The notes under the pieces were generated by a model. That model did no database searches. It saw only the letters and a list, made by a program, of their open reading frames with translations, and was not told the DNA's origin. From Cetorhinus maximus (taxonomy: Eukaryota), in assembly GCF_964194155.1 (NCBI RefSeq), contig NC_135899.1, positions 2,790,001 to 2,854,000 of the forward strand: a stretch of DNA of 64,000 nt, read 5' to 3'. Below, piece after piece: positions 24,150 to 38,060 of the stretch (position 1 is its first letter; each line of letters starts with the position of its first letter). Both the position numbers and the translations under genes were made by a program.

Positions 24150-25268
24150 TTTGGGGGTAGTGTATTGAGATGGATAGAAAGCTGGTTGGCAGACAGGAAA
24201 TAAAGAGTAGGAATAAACGGGTCTTTTTCTGAATGACAGGCAGTGACTAGTGGGGTACTGCAGGGATCGGTGCTGGGATTCCAGTTATTCACAATATATA
24301 TTCATGATTTAGATGGAACTAAATGTAATATCTCCAAATTTGCAGATGACACAAAGGTGGGTGGGAGGGTGAGCTGTGAGGAGGATGCAGAGATGCTTCA
24401 GTGTGATTTGGACAAGCTGAGTGAGTGGGCAAATGCATGGCAATTGCAGTATAATGTGAATAACTGTGAGGTTATCCACTTTGATAGCAAAAACAGGAAA
24501 GCGGATTATTATCTGAATGGCTATAAATTGAGAGAGGGGAATGTGCAACGAGACCTGGATGTCCTTGTACACCAGTCGCTGAAGGTAAGTATGCAGGTGC
24601 AGCAGGCGGTAAAGAAGGCAAATGGTATGTTGGCCTTCATAGCCAGAGGATTCGAGTACAGGAGCAGGGATGTCTTGCTGCAATTATACAGGGCCTTGGT
24701 GAGACCACACGGAATATTGTGCGCAGTTTTGGTCTGCTTATCTGAGGAAGGATGTTCTTGCTATAGAGGGAGTGCAGCGAAGGATTACCAGGCTGATTCT
24801 TGGGATGGCGGGACTGACATATGAGGAGAGATTGAATCGGTTAGGATTATATTTGCTGGAGTTCAAAAGAATAAGGGGGGGATCTCATAGAAACCTATGA
24901 AGTTCTAACAGGACTAGACAGGGTAGATGCAGGATGGATGTTCCCAATGGTGGGGGAGTCCAGAAATAGGGGTCACAGTCTGAGGATATGGGGTAGACCA
25001 TTTAGGACTGAGACAAGGAGAAATTTCTTCACCAAGAGAGTGGTTAGCCTGTGGAATTCGTTACCACAGAAAGTAGTTGAAACCAAAACATTGTATGTTT
25101 TCAAGAAGGAGTTAGATATAGCTCTTGGGGTGAAAGGGATCAAAGGTTATGGGGGGAAAGCGGAAGCAGGTTATTGAGTTGGACAATCAGTCATGATCAT
25201 AATGAATGGTGAAGCAGTCTTGAAGGATCAAAAGGCCTACTCCTGCTCCTGGTTTCTATGTTTCTATA
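24150..25268 (+). mobile_element. CR1 LINE 3' fragment followed by (TA)n
   Basis: RT motifs SGVLQGSVLG and KFADDTK; TTTCTATG tail. Confidence 0.92.
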
Positions 25269-25270
25269 TA

Positions 25271-25311
<41 letters not shown>

Positions 25312-25574
25312 ATATATACATACTGTCGATGACAATGTACAAAAATTGCTTTTAACTTTAGAAAAAAAATCAGGAGGCAAAAGGTGATGGCTCTACAATA
25401 GAACAAAGCAAAGTGCAATTCCATTGGCCAAATGGGATGCCAATGCATGTCTAGTTATTAATAATAATGACTTAAGAAATATGAGGAGTAAATCCTGTGG
25501 GATTAATGGAACAGTGGCAGCATGGATACATAATTGTCTAAGAGATAGAAAGGAGAGAGTAGTGGCAGACAATT

Positions 25575-28345
25575 CTAAAACAAAAATACCTGGAAAAACT
25601 CAGCAGGTCTGGCAGCATCTGTGGAGAGGAGCACAATCGGCGTTTTGTGGGGGGACTGGGGGGGGGGGGGGGGGGGGGGGAGACAAGAAGACCTGGATAG
25701 AGGGCCAGTGATGGAGATAACCAAAAGATGTCACAGACAAAAGGGCAAAGAGATGTTGATGGTGGTGATATTATCTAAAGAAATGTGCTAATTAAGGATA
25801 GAAAGCAGGACGAGCAAGGTACAGATAGCCCTAGTGAGGGTGGGGTGGGGGGAATAGGCTAAAAGGTAGAGATAAAACAATGGATGGAAATACACTTAAA
25901 AATAATGGAAGTAGGTGGGAAAAGAAAAATCTATATAAATTATTGGAAAAAACAAAAAGGAAGGGGAAAATCGGAAAGGGGGTGGGGATGGAGGAGAGAG
26001 TTCATGATCTAAAATTGTTGAACTCAATATTCAGTCCAGAAGGCTGTAAAGTGCCTAGTCGGAAGATGAGGTGCTGTTCCTCCAGTTTGCGTTGAGCTTC
26101 ACTGGAACAATGCAGCAGGCCAAGAACGGACATGTGGGCATGAGAGCAGGGTGGAGTGTTGAAATGGCAAACGACAGGGAGGTCTCGGTCTTGCTTGTGG
26201 ACAGACCGAAGGTGTTCTGCAAAACAGTCACCCAGTCTGCGTTTAGTCTTTCCAATGTAGAGGAAACCACATTGGGAACAACGAATGCAGTAGACTAAGT
26301 TGAGGGAGTGCAAGTGAAAGTGCTTGGGCCCTTGGACGGTGAGGGGAGAGGAAGTAAAGGGGCAGGTGTTGCACTTTCTGTGGTTGCATGGGAAGTTGCT
26401 GTGGGAGGGGGTTGAGGTGTAGGAGGAGGAGTGGACCAGGGTGTCCCGGAGGGAACTTTCCCTGTGGAATGCCACCAGGGGGGTTGAAGGGAAGATGTGT
26501 TTGGTGGTGGCATCATGCTGGAGTTGGCAGCATGTTCGAGCCTCTGTCAATCCCCATCCACCACTACTCTCCTCCGTCTGGCTGAACTTGTTCTCACACT
26601 GAACAATTTCTCCTTAAACTCCTCTCACTTCCTCCCAATAAAAGGTGTGGCTATGGGTACCCACATGGGCCCCAGCTATGCCTGTCTCTTTATGGGGTAT
26701 GTGGAACATTCCTTGTTTCAGTCCTACTCCGACCCCCTCCCACAATTCTATCTCTGGTACATCGATGATTAATTCGGTGCTGCTTCATGCTCTCAATGGG
26801 ACCTGGAAAAATTTATTAATTTTGCTTCCAATCTCCACCCCTCCATCATTTTCACATGGTCCATCTTTGACACTTCCCTTCCCTTCCTTGACCTCTCTGT
26901 CTCAATTTCTGATGATAGACTGTCCACCAATATCCATTACAAGCCTACTGACTCGCACAGCTACCTTGACTACAGCTCCTCACACCCCGCTTCCTGTAAG
27001 GACTCCATCCCATTCTCTCAGTTCCTTCGCCTCCATCGCATCTGTTCTGATGATGCCACTTTCAAAAACAGTTCCTCTGACATGTCCTCCTTCTTCCTTA
27101 ACCGAGGTTTTCCACCCACGGTGGTTGACAGGGCCCTCAACAATGTCCGGCGCATCTCCCGCACATCCTCCCTCGCATCTTCTTCTCCCTCCCAGAAACA
27201 TGATAGGGTCCCCCCTTGTCCTCACTTATCACCCCACCAGCCTCCGCATTCAAAGGATCATCCTCCGCCAACTCCAGCATGATACCACCACCAAACACAT
27301 CTTCCCTTCACCCCCCTGGCGGTATTCCACAGGGATAGTTCTCTCTGGGACACCCTGATCCATTCCTCCATCACCCCCTACACCTCAACCCCCTCCCACG
27401 GCACCTCCCCATGCCCACGCAGAAGGTGCAACACTTGCCCCTCTACTTCCCCTCTCCTCACTGTCCAAGGGCCCAAACACTCCTTTCAAGTGAAGCAGCA
27501 TTTCACTTGCATTTCCCCCAACTTAGTCTACTGCATTCGTTGCTCCCAATGCGGTCTCCTCTACATTGGAGGGACCAAACACAGACTGGGTGACCCTTTT
27601 GCAGAACACCTTCGGTCTGTCTGCAAGCGTTACCCAGACCTCCCTGTCGCTTGCCATTTCAACACTCCACCCCGTTCTCATGCCCACATGTCCGTCTTTG
27701 GCCTGCTGCATTGTTCCAGTGAAGCTCAACGCAAACTGGAGGAACATCACCTCATCTTCCGACTAGGCACTTTACAGCCTTCCAGACTGAATATTGAGTT
27801 CAACAATTTTAGATCATGAACTCTCTCCTCCATCCCCACCCCCTTTCCAATTTTCCCCCTCCTTTTTGTTTTTTCCAATAATTTATATAGATTTTTCTTT
27901 TCCCACCTACTTCCATTATTTTAAAATGTATTTCCATCCATTGTTTTATCTCTACCTTTTAGCCTATTTTGATCCCTTCCCCCGACCCCACCCCCACTAG
28001 GGTTATCTGTACCTTGCTTGTCCTGCTTTCTACCCTTAATTTTAGATAATATCCTTTAGATAATATCACCACCTTCAACACCTCTTTGTCCTTTTGTCTG
28101 TGACATCTTTTGGCTATCTCCACCTATCACTGGTCCTCTATCCAGCTCTTCTTGTCCCACCACCCCCTTAAACCAGCTTATATTTCACCTCTTTTCTATT
28201 TTTACTTCGTTCTGTTGAAGGGTCATTCGGACTCGAAATGTCAACTGTGTTCCTCTCCGCAGATGCTACCAGACCTGCTGAGTTTTTCCTGGTAGTTTTG
28301 TTTTTGTTTTGGATTTCCAGCATCCGCAGTTTTTTGCTTTTATCT
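25575..28345 (+). mobile_element. Penelope-like element with inverted 5' arm
   Basis: RT remnant KGVAMGTHMGPSYACLFMG..YIDD; GIY-YIG domain NLVYCIRCSQCGLLYIG on + (27490) and on - (26002-26550); 15-bp TSD at 25560-25574 / 28346-28360. Confidence 0.9.
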
Positions 28346-28564
28346 TAGTGGCAAACAATTGTTCTTTTCAGATTGGGAGGAAGTATACGGAGGTGTTCCC
28401 CAGGGGTCGGCATTGAGACCGTTGCATTTTTAATACATGTCAATGACCTGGGCTTGGGTAAACAGGGCATAGTTTCAAAATTTGAACATGATGTGAAGCA
28501 TAGAAATGTATTCAAATTGGAGCTGAATCGGTGTTTAATGAAGGTTCAATGTTACCTCGTTCTT

Positions 28565-31073
28565 TTTTTTAGCAAAAATATACTTTATTTATAAAATATC
28601 TGGAAGAACATTCCAAACCATTTCAAAATCACCATCACAAAGGTACAATCAGGTTGAACTTTTACAACATGTATCACGAGGTGCATCAATACAATAAATG
28701 AATATTACAATCATTTGCAGACATTCATTTTGAGCTGTACAGCCCGAGGGGCTCTCAACAGTTCCCAGCCCCTCAGTGCACTGTGGCAGAAAGGTCTTAG
28801 ACAGCGACCTTTCCCCATTGCGCCTTTGCGGTGGCTGCCCCAAGCTTTAGTGCGTCCCTCAGCACGTAGTCCTGGACTTTGGAATGTGCCAGTCTGCAAC
28901 ACGCACTCGGGGACAACTCTCTGCACTGGAAGACCAACAAGTTTCGGGCAGACCAAAAAGCGTCTTTCACTGAGTTGATGATCCTCCAGCTGCAGTTGAC
29001 GTTTGTCTCGGTGTGTGTCCCTGGGAACAGCCCATAGAGCACAGAGTCCTGTGTCACAGAACTGCTCGAGATGAACCTCGACAGAAACTACTGCATCTCT
29101 CTCCAGACCTTCTTCGCAAAGGCACAATCCACAAGGAGGTGAACAACAGTCTCTTCCCCACCACAGCCACTTCGAGGGCAACGTGCCGAGTGGGTGAGAC
29201 TCCTGGCGTGTAGGAAGGATCTGATGGGGAGGGCCTTGCTCACCACCAGCCAAGCTACATCTTGGTGCTTGTTGGAAAGTTCTGGCGATGAGGCATTCTG
29301 CCAAATGACTTTGACAGTCTGTTCGGGATCCACAGGATCCACCCTCTCCTTTTCCCGCAGGGCCTCTAAGATGTTACGTGCCGACCACTGCCTGATGGAC
29401 TTGTGGTCAAAGGTGTTCCTCTGCATAAATTTTTCCACGAGGGACAGGTGGTGCGGCACGGTCCAACTACTTGGAGCGTTCCGCGGCAGCGTGGCCAGAC
29501 CGATCCTTCACAACACTGGGGACAGGTAGAACCTCAGCACATAGTGACACTTGGTGTTTGCGTACTGAGGGTCTACGCACCGCTTGATGCAGCCGCACAC
29601 AAAGGTGGCCATCAGTATGAGGGCGATGTTGGGCACGTTTTTTCCCCCTTTATCTAGAGGCTTGTACATCACATCCCTGCAGACATGATCCATTTTTGAC
29701 CTCCAGATAAAGTGAAAGATGGCTCGAGTGATCGCCATCGTGCAGGAGTCTGGAATGGGCCAGACCTGCGCCATGTACAGCAACTGCGAGAGAGCCTCAC
29801 ACCTGATGACCAGGTTCTTACCCGCAATGGAGAGGGAGCGTTGCTCCCACATGCCCAGTTTCCTTTTCACCATGGACACTCGCTCCTTCCAGTTTCTAAC
29901 GCATGCCCTGGTCCCTCCGAACCATATCCCCAGCACCTTCAGGCCGTCAGCCCTGACAGTGAAGGGGACAAAGGATCGGTCAGCCCAGTTCCCGAAGAAC
30001 ATGGCCTCGCTCTTCCCACGATTTACCTTGGCTCCCAAGGCCAGTTCGAACTGGTCGCAGATGTGGATCAGTCTGCGCACCGACAGCGGATCCGAGCAGA
30101 AGACGGCGACATCGTCCATGTACAGGGAGGCTTTGACCTGAGTGCCTCCACTGCCTGGGATTGTCACTCCTCTTATGCCCGGATCCTTCCTGATGGACTC
30201 AGCAAAGGGTTCTATGCAACACACGAAAAGAACAGGCGAGAGAGGACAGCCCTGCCTGACTCCAGATTTAATAGGAAAGCTATCTGATTCCCACCCATTG
30301 ATTGAGACTGCGCTACTGATGTTAGTGTATAGAGCTCTGTGATCAGCAACCTGAAGGAAGAAGGCGGCTCAGTAAAGTCATCGCAGTCTGACATTTTGAG
30401 GATCAGCAAATCCTTTTATGCCGGATTGTATTACGTGAAGCCTACAGACAGCACGGCCTCCCAGTCCTTCCTGTCCTCTATCACGGAGGTCTTAGACGAC
30501 ATTACACAGGAGAGCCTGGAAAAACCGCTAACTCCTGATGAACTGACTAAGGCCCTTGAGTCCTTCGAGAAGAGTAAAACTCCCGGAAGCGACGGCTTGC
30601 CGGCGGAGTTGTATTCGGCTCTGTGGGACTTGATCGGCCCAGACCTGCTAGGAGTGTACGAGAGTATGCTCCTGGCCGGCAGCATGTCAGAATCCATGAG
30701 GAAAGGCATCATCACCCTCATCTACAAGCACAAGGGGGAAAGGGAGGAAATTAGAAATTGGCGATCCATTTCACTGTTGAATGTGGACTATAAGATTCTG
30801 TCCAAGGTCATCGCCAATCGGGTCAAGTCCGTTCTGGAATTGGTGATTCACCCTGACCAGACCTGCGCTGTGCCGGGCAGGAAGATCTCTGACAGCCTCG
30901 CGCTGCTCAGGGATACGATTGCCTATGTGCAAGACAGGGGTGTGGACACCTGCCTCATCAGCCTGGATCAGGAGAAGACCTTTGACAGAATATCGCACAC
31001 CTACATGGGGGATGTGCTCTCCAAAATGGGGTTTGGGGAGGGAATTCGCAATTGGATCCAACAGCTCTACACT
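28565..31073 (-). mobile_element. Tx1/L1-clade non-LTR element, 5'-truncated with 5' inversion (30339-31073)
   Basis: GVRQGCPLSP, YMDD, C-terminal CPRSGCGGEETVVHLLVDC, polyA; perfect 17-bp TSD AATGTTACCTCGTTCTT at 28548-28564 / 31074-31090. Confidence 0.92.
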
Positions 31074-31314
31074 AATGTTACCTCGTTCTTATGTTCTTAC
31101 AACTAGTGAGAATGTATGCAGGGCACTGCAGCATTTTTTATAAATGCTTTTACTTTTGGCAAGCATTCATCCTTCAGGTTAAAGTTTGTCAGTCAATATT
31201 TTACAGCCTTGGGTAGACAAACTCGATTTACGTTTGGAAGCATTTTTCTGACTGATCTGAAGGGAACCACTTTGGGTCGGGCTGTGCCCCTCAAGTTGGT
31301 TGTTGGGTCTGATT

Positions 31315-31470
31315 ATGCTAATTGCGGATGGAGCAGGCGCCTATTCCCATTGGCTAAATGCTCGGAATGTTTTCAAATTTCCGCCTGAATTGACATCCAA
31401 TCAGAAACAAAGAAGAGTTAATGAACCAATGAGAAGCGACTGCTTGCCGATCCAGCCGAGAACTATAAAA
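31315..31470 (+). promoter_or_regulatory. H2A promoter with relic leftward octamer
   Basis: ATGCTAAT at 31315, ATTGG at 31349, CCAAT at about 31397 and 31426, TATAAAA 31464-31470. Confidence 0.8.
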
Positions 31471-31480
31471 GGAGAACTGA

Positions 31481-31927
<447 letters not shown>

Positions 31928-31971
31928 AGAGGGGGGGACACCGGAAAAACAGCAAATCCACAAACCACAAA

Positions 31972-31987
31972 GGCTCTTTTAAGAGCC
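31972..31987 (+). terminator. Histone stem-loop
   Basis: GGCTCTTTTAAGAGCC plus AAAGAGTT HDE. Confidence 0.95.
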
Positions 31988-32979
31988 GCCCACCTCATCC
32001 TTTTAAAGAGTTTAACTGGATCAGTCAATGGGCAAATTTACCTTCCTTCTAATGAACTGGAATCTGCTTTAGCCAGTTTACTGATAAAATATTATTGAGA
32101 AATAAAAGCTGAGAAAATAACCGGCTTGTTGCAAAGATGTGCACAAAGTTGACCTACATTAGTGGACAACCCTTCAGGAAACCACACAACGGGACAGTTG
32201 TCATACAGTGTGAAGAACAGAAAAGTTTGACTTTGTGCTCAAGAATATTAAACTTCATTTGTTATTTCAAAGAGTTGTTTAGAAATTCTTATGGGGGCTA
32301 CGCGTTTTTTTAACTTTGGAAATCACGAACTGCACCAAGTTCATTTTAAGATACGGTGCACTTTTGATGTGTGAAAGAGTTTTTTTGTTTTTGTCCGGGC
32401 TGGTGAGCCTCCTCCTCCTGGGGAAAGGGGAAAATCTGTCCCCGGTCTCTCCTCTCTGGCTCTGTCGGTGCTTGGCTGCGGGACCCATTGATGAGAGGAA
32501 GGAAAAGTTTCGCCAAAAGAGGGACCATGAAAAACCAACGGTTGACACCAGAAAGTTTTTTTTTAAAAAAACACACACACAAGCGAGGGAACAAACTCAC
32601 TTCCCGCCAAAAAAAAACTCAAAAGATTGACTTTATTGAAAATATCCATGAATTTTCATCAACTTGATTGTCAAGCGTTGGCATGGGCGACATTGTTTAA
32701 CCATCTTGTTGGGCTTTGATTTTGGATAAGATATTCCACAGGGAAAGGAAGGTTATTTTCAAAAATGAACTTTGAATGAGAAATTTACGCATTTTGATGG
32801 AATTCCTGCTTTTGGTTCACAGAAGTGTCCGTCCTTTTATTTATTTCCTGGCCCGCTGTCACTCAGTCCCTTCCCTTTCTTTTAAATCCTGTATTATACG
32901 CACTTAACTGCATTGGATGCTGAGGTCATCTTGGTGATTTTGCACAAATGCATTGATCCAGAGTCTAGACAGGTTTATT

Positions 32980-33360
32980 GTATTCATTCACGGGACGTGG
33001 GTGTCACTGGCTAGGCCAGCATTTACTGCCCATCCCTAATTTCCCTCGAGAAGGTGGTGCTGAGCTAACTGAGTGGCTTGCTCGGCCAATTCAGAGGGAC
33101 AGTTAAGAGTCAACCGCGTTGCTGTGGGTCTGGAGTCACATGTAGGCCAGACCGGGTAAGGATGGAAGATTTCCCTCCCTAAAGGACGTTAGTGACCCAG
33201 ATGAGTTTTTACAACAATCGACAATGGTTTCATGGTCATCAATTCCAGATTTCTAGTGAATTCAAATTCCACCATCTGCTGTGGTGGGATTTGAATCCAG
33301 GTCCCCAGAGCATTCCCCTGGGCCTGTGGTTACTAGTCCAGCTCCAATATAACTGTGTCA
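32980..33360 (-). mobile_element. tRNA-derived SINE
   Basis: Reverse complement of the 16651-17040 family. Confidence 0.8.
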
Positions 33361-34259
33361 TCGCAGTAATAAAAGGTAAAGAAAAGGGAGAAAAAGCTTC
33401 TATCCACCTGAGGGCTAATAAATTCGCCCATTTGAAATGGCCCAGGGGCATTTTCATTTCATAACATATAAATATGCTATAATTACATTATTCCATGTCA
33501 CAAAAAAACAAATCCAAACCTTTTTGTCTTTCGCTCCTCTCACCCTTTGGGGAAGAAGAATATTACACGAGGGGAAAGAAAATGCATCCTGAAAGCTGGT
33601 GGTATAAAATGGAAGGGTTGATGTAGGAACCTTACAAACCTTTTGTAAATGATCTGAGTTAAACCTTATATATACAATATTGTCATAAGCTTGATTCTCA
33701 GAGCATTAGGGTTTTACTTTCGAAATGATGTAATTTGCGGGATTGTATGGAGAGGGGAAGCGGGGGTGGGGGTGGTGAGGGATTTGCCCAGATTTACCTC
33801 AGTCACAACTATTCAGAGGAAGCACCTGGAGCAACGGGCACAAATCATGAGGCGATTTGCCAACTCCACTGAAAATCGAAATTAGGTAACAATTTTAGAA
33901 AATGGAAAAGGGCCATTTGGCCCATCTGATGTTGCTACTTCACACCACCTTATTTTACACCAATTTTCCGCACCCAAACCTGTTGCTGTGCACCTGCACA
34001 ATTATAGCTTGGATATCGTGAAAGCATATAATCGACAAAATTCCGTCACCTCCCTTACACCCGACACCACCCTGTTCGGGATTATTTTTTTAGCTTTGCA
34101 GAAGATAAAGGATTCCATTGTACAAAAAAAAACTGCACAATTCTCTCCAACGCTGTGGCCTCCTACTCCTCGCTCGAAGCACAATTAAGTTAGATGAAGA
34201 GAATATTCCTGTATGAAGCCTTCTGTCACTGTCAAAAATCTAATGTACTTGTTTTAACG

Positions 34260-34820
34260 CGTTACAGCATAGGAGACCCATGCTGACTGTCAACTCATTT
34301 TACGAACTTTCAAACCAATCCCACACCCCCAGATTTATCTCCATAACCTTGCAAATGAGTCCCCTGCAAATACTAGTGTAATTGCCCTTTGAAAGTTGCT
34401 ATGGAATCTGATTTCACCACCCTTTCAGGCAGTGTGATCCAACTCTGAAGAAATTCCAACTCTGAAGAAATTCCTCCCCATTACTCCTCTAGTTATTTTT
34501 CCACATGTTTTAAATCCATGACTTCAGGTTGCCGACCAGTTTGCCAAAGGAAACATTTGTTCCGGCTTGGTCTATCAAAATCCCCCATTATTTTGAATAT
34601 TTATATTAACTTCTCTGCTGTAAAAAGAAACCCCTCTCCTCCAGTCTCTCTACATAGCTGAGCTCCCTCATTTCTGCTACGACTCTAGTTAATCTCTTCT
34701 GAACCCTCTCCAAGTCCTGGACATCCGCGCTAAATTGCGGTGCCCAGGTTTGAGGACAATATTCCAATTGAGGCCTATATAGTGATTTTTTTTTTAACAG
34801 TTTAGCATAATCTCCATTCA
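34260..34820 (-). mobile_element. Old CR1 fragment
   Basis: SLYRPQLEYCPQTWAPQF..LERVQKRLTR. Confidence 0.7.
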
Positions 34821-36131
34821 ATCCCTTTTGCTCTATTTGTTTCTCCATCCGTGTCTTGGCAAATGGTGTCTGACCTACTAAATGTTTGCAGTATTTGCTG
34901 TTTTTTTAAATTTGCCTGCCACACAATTCAGACAAAAGAGGGTTTCCATGTACCACAAAGTTAAGACACCTGGGGAAACAACTTGGACGAATGAAGGAAA
35001 AGGATGAAACAACAAATTTAATGCAAGGGTAATCCTTCAACTCGGGATACCGGGCGGGAAATAATTTTGGGGCGAGTGCAGGGTATAGGTAAAGCGCCAA
35101 ACTAAAAACAAATCGTTACACTAAAATTAAAATAAAACTAATGTTTTGATTAAGATTAAAGACGTTTTTTCCCCCTAATCACAATTTGTTATCGTTGTCC
35201 TAGAATATTTGCATCGATCTTTGCTGCCCGCGGTTCCAGGGATGTTAACTTTAATACCCCGGCGGTTGCCAATTCTGGACCCGGATTCCAGAGCGAGTTT
35301 CCCGCCCACTCCTTGTGTCCCAGTTACCCTTTTATTTAAATATTGGAGGTAGCAACGGCGTCGGTAAAATCCTAAATGTGTGCAAAGGAGGAATTTGCAG
35401 GGATGTGAGAAGAGAACGGGGGAGTAGGCAATAGGCGAGTTGCTCCTTAGGAGAGCCAACACTGACACGATGGGCCGAATGGCCTCCTCCTGTGCGGTAA
35501 CGATTCTAATAACGAAAATGATTTTCCGCGGAGTTACCAGAGGACAATGTGGGCAGAAAACACGGAAAAGGGAGCCGACAACTGGAAGCTTTGGCCAAAC
35601 GTGTCATTTCCTGGTGATAACCCCGTGAATTGACATTTATTATATCGAAAAACAGTAAATGCCGGAAAAGCTCAGCAGGTTCTGTGGAGAGAGAATGAGT
35701 TAAAAATGACTTTTCTTCTCTAACGTTAACTGTCTCTCCACAGACCTGCTAAGTTTTTCTGTGGAGATTATGTTTTCATTGCAGATCTCCAGCAGTATAT
35801 CGGTTCATTTCGCAATAGGGAACGGAGAGCGTTGAGATTTATTGTGGTGCAGAGGCACCATCTGAAATGGTGGCTGAAGGGATTAGTTAATGGAGTGAAC
35901 AGGAAAACAGGGCCGAGGAAATGAAGTACAACATGTGGCTCAGGAACCAACCATGAGCCAGCTCTGCCCGGGCTGTAAACTTGATTTCAACACGGATGAC
36001 TTAATTAGTACCCATATTAACATTTGCTACCTTTAAGCTGCATTATGCACTAGACTCGTAAGCCTTTCAGTTTCCATACAAAATTATCTGCAGCTTGTCA
36101 TATTACAGCTTCCTTTCACCGAGTGATTAGT

Positions 36132-36147
36132 GGCTCTTAAAAGAGCC
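36132..36147 (-). terminator. Histone stem-loop
   Basis: GGCTCTTTTAAGAGCC plus GAAAGGAAGCTGT HDE. Confidence 0.95.
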
Positions 36148-36184
36148 GTTGGTTTCGTTACTGCCGATACAACACTAAGCGGAT

Positions 36185-36802
<618 letters not shown>

Positions 36803-37462
36803 TCAAACGCAATATGACCCTTCCTGTAGGACAGAAAAATAATCTATATTGCTATCGTGGCCCCGCTGATCATTGTAAGCTGGCACCATTTAATTTTAAT
36901 GTAATATAAAAGCAGGAAGTGCTGGAAAAACTCTGGTTCTGGTACCACTTGCGGAGAGAGGAAAACACGAGTTAAAACGTTTTGAGTCCGATATGACTCT
37001 TCTTCGGAAAAAAAAATAATTTGAACTTGATCAAAACATACATGTTGCTGATGCTGGAAATATTGAAGCAGAAGAACCAAAAGGTTGGAAACATTAAGCA
37101 GGTCCGGGCAGTGCATGTGGAGTTTATTTCACTTTTGTTCCCACCACCCACCCCCCCCCAGGCAAGTCATTTTATTTTGTACAAAACAGGGTAGCGATAA
37201 TACATATTGTATATACAAAGGTGTTAAATCAGGAACTACAATCTATTTTAAGTGAACTAAGATACATAAATTACAAAAACATCAAATTTCAACATGGTAA
37301 GGAATTTCATGCTCTGATGAAACTGATAAAATAAAGCCGGACTCGAGCCAGTGGAGTCAGGAATGAAAATAAAATCATTAAATGTTGTCTTTTGAGGTGC
37401 TGTCCATATTTTTAATTTCTTGCGTAGAAACCGAGAAATAGTTCCTTATGGATATCATTAGT

Positions 37463-37478
37463 GGCTCTGAAAAGAGCC
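37463..37478 (-). terminator. Histone stem-loop
   Basis: GGCTCTTTTCAGAGCC. Confidence 0.95.
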
Positions 37479-37514
37479 TTTGGGTTGAATTTTAAATTGA
37501 TCTGTCGAGAAGCT

Positions 37515-37895
37515 CTATTTGCAGCTGGTATATTTAGTGACAGCCTTGGTGCCCTCGGAGACGGCGTGTTTGGCCAGTTCCCCCGGCAACAGGAGGCGGA
37601 CGGTGGTCTGGATCTCCCGGGAAGAGATGGTGTGCCGTTTGCTGTAGCGGATCAGGCGGGAAGCCTCGCAGGCGATGCGCTCGAAGATGTCGTTGACGAA
37701 CGAGTTGATGACACTCATGGCTGAAGAGGAAATGCCGGTGTCGGGGTGGACTTGCTTCAGCACCTTGTAGATGTAGATGCTGTAACTCTCCTTCCTGCTT
37801 TTCTTGCGCTTCTTCTCACCTTTGCCGCGTTTCTTAGTGGCAGTTTTCTTTGGCCCTTTTTTAGGAGCCATGCCCTTAGCAGCCGCTTCAGGCAT
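37515..37895 (-). CDS. H2B: Divergent Cys-containing histone H2B variant 2 (126 aa)
   Basis: Histone fold with [16 protein letters not shown] and C-terminal TSCK. Confidence 0.96.
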   Translation of the reverse strand: MPEAAAKGMAPKKGPKKTATKKRGKGEKKRKKSRKESYSIYIYKVLKQVHPDTGISSSAMSVINSFVNDIFERIACEASRLIRYSKRHTISSREIQTTVRLLLPGELAKHAVSEGTKAVTKYTSCK

Positions 37896-37936
37896 TCCGA
37901 ATGAAAGTGGTGAACAAAGCAGCCTTGAGCGCCTCA

Positions 37937-38060
37937 TTTAATAGCTCCACGTATGCAAATGAGGAATCAGCGAGTGACGGATTTCTATTGGTCAATAGCG
38001 CCAAATCTAAACGTATCCGTTTTGTGCTAGGAACAATGGGTACCAATCAACCAATCAGAA
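37937..38060 (-). promoter_or_regulatory. H2B-2 promoter
   Basis: TATTAAA 37937-37943, canonical octamer ATTTGCAT 37953-37960, CCAAT boxes on both strands. Confidence 0.85.

Noticed and set aside
32279-32630. Short ORFs between H2A and H3
   Set aside because: No recognisable domain, stem-loop or supported splice structure
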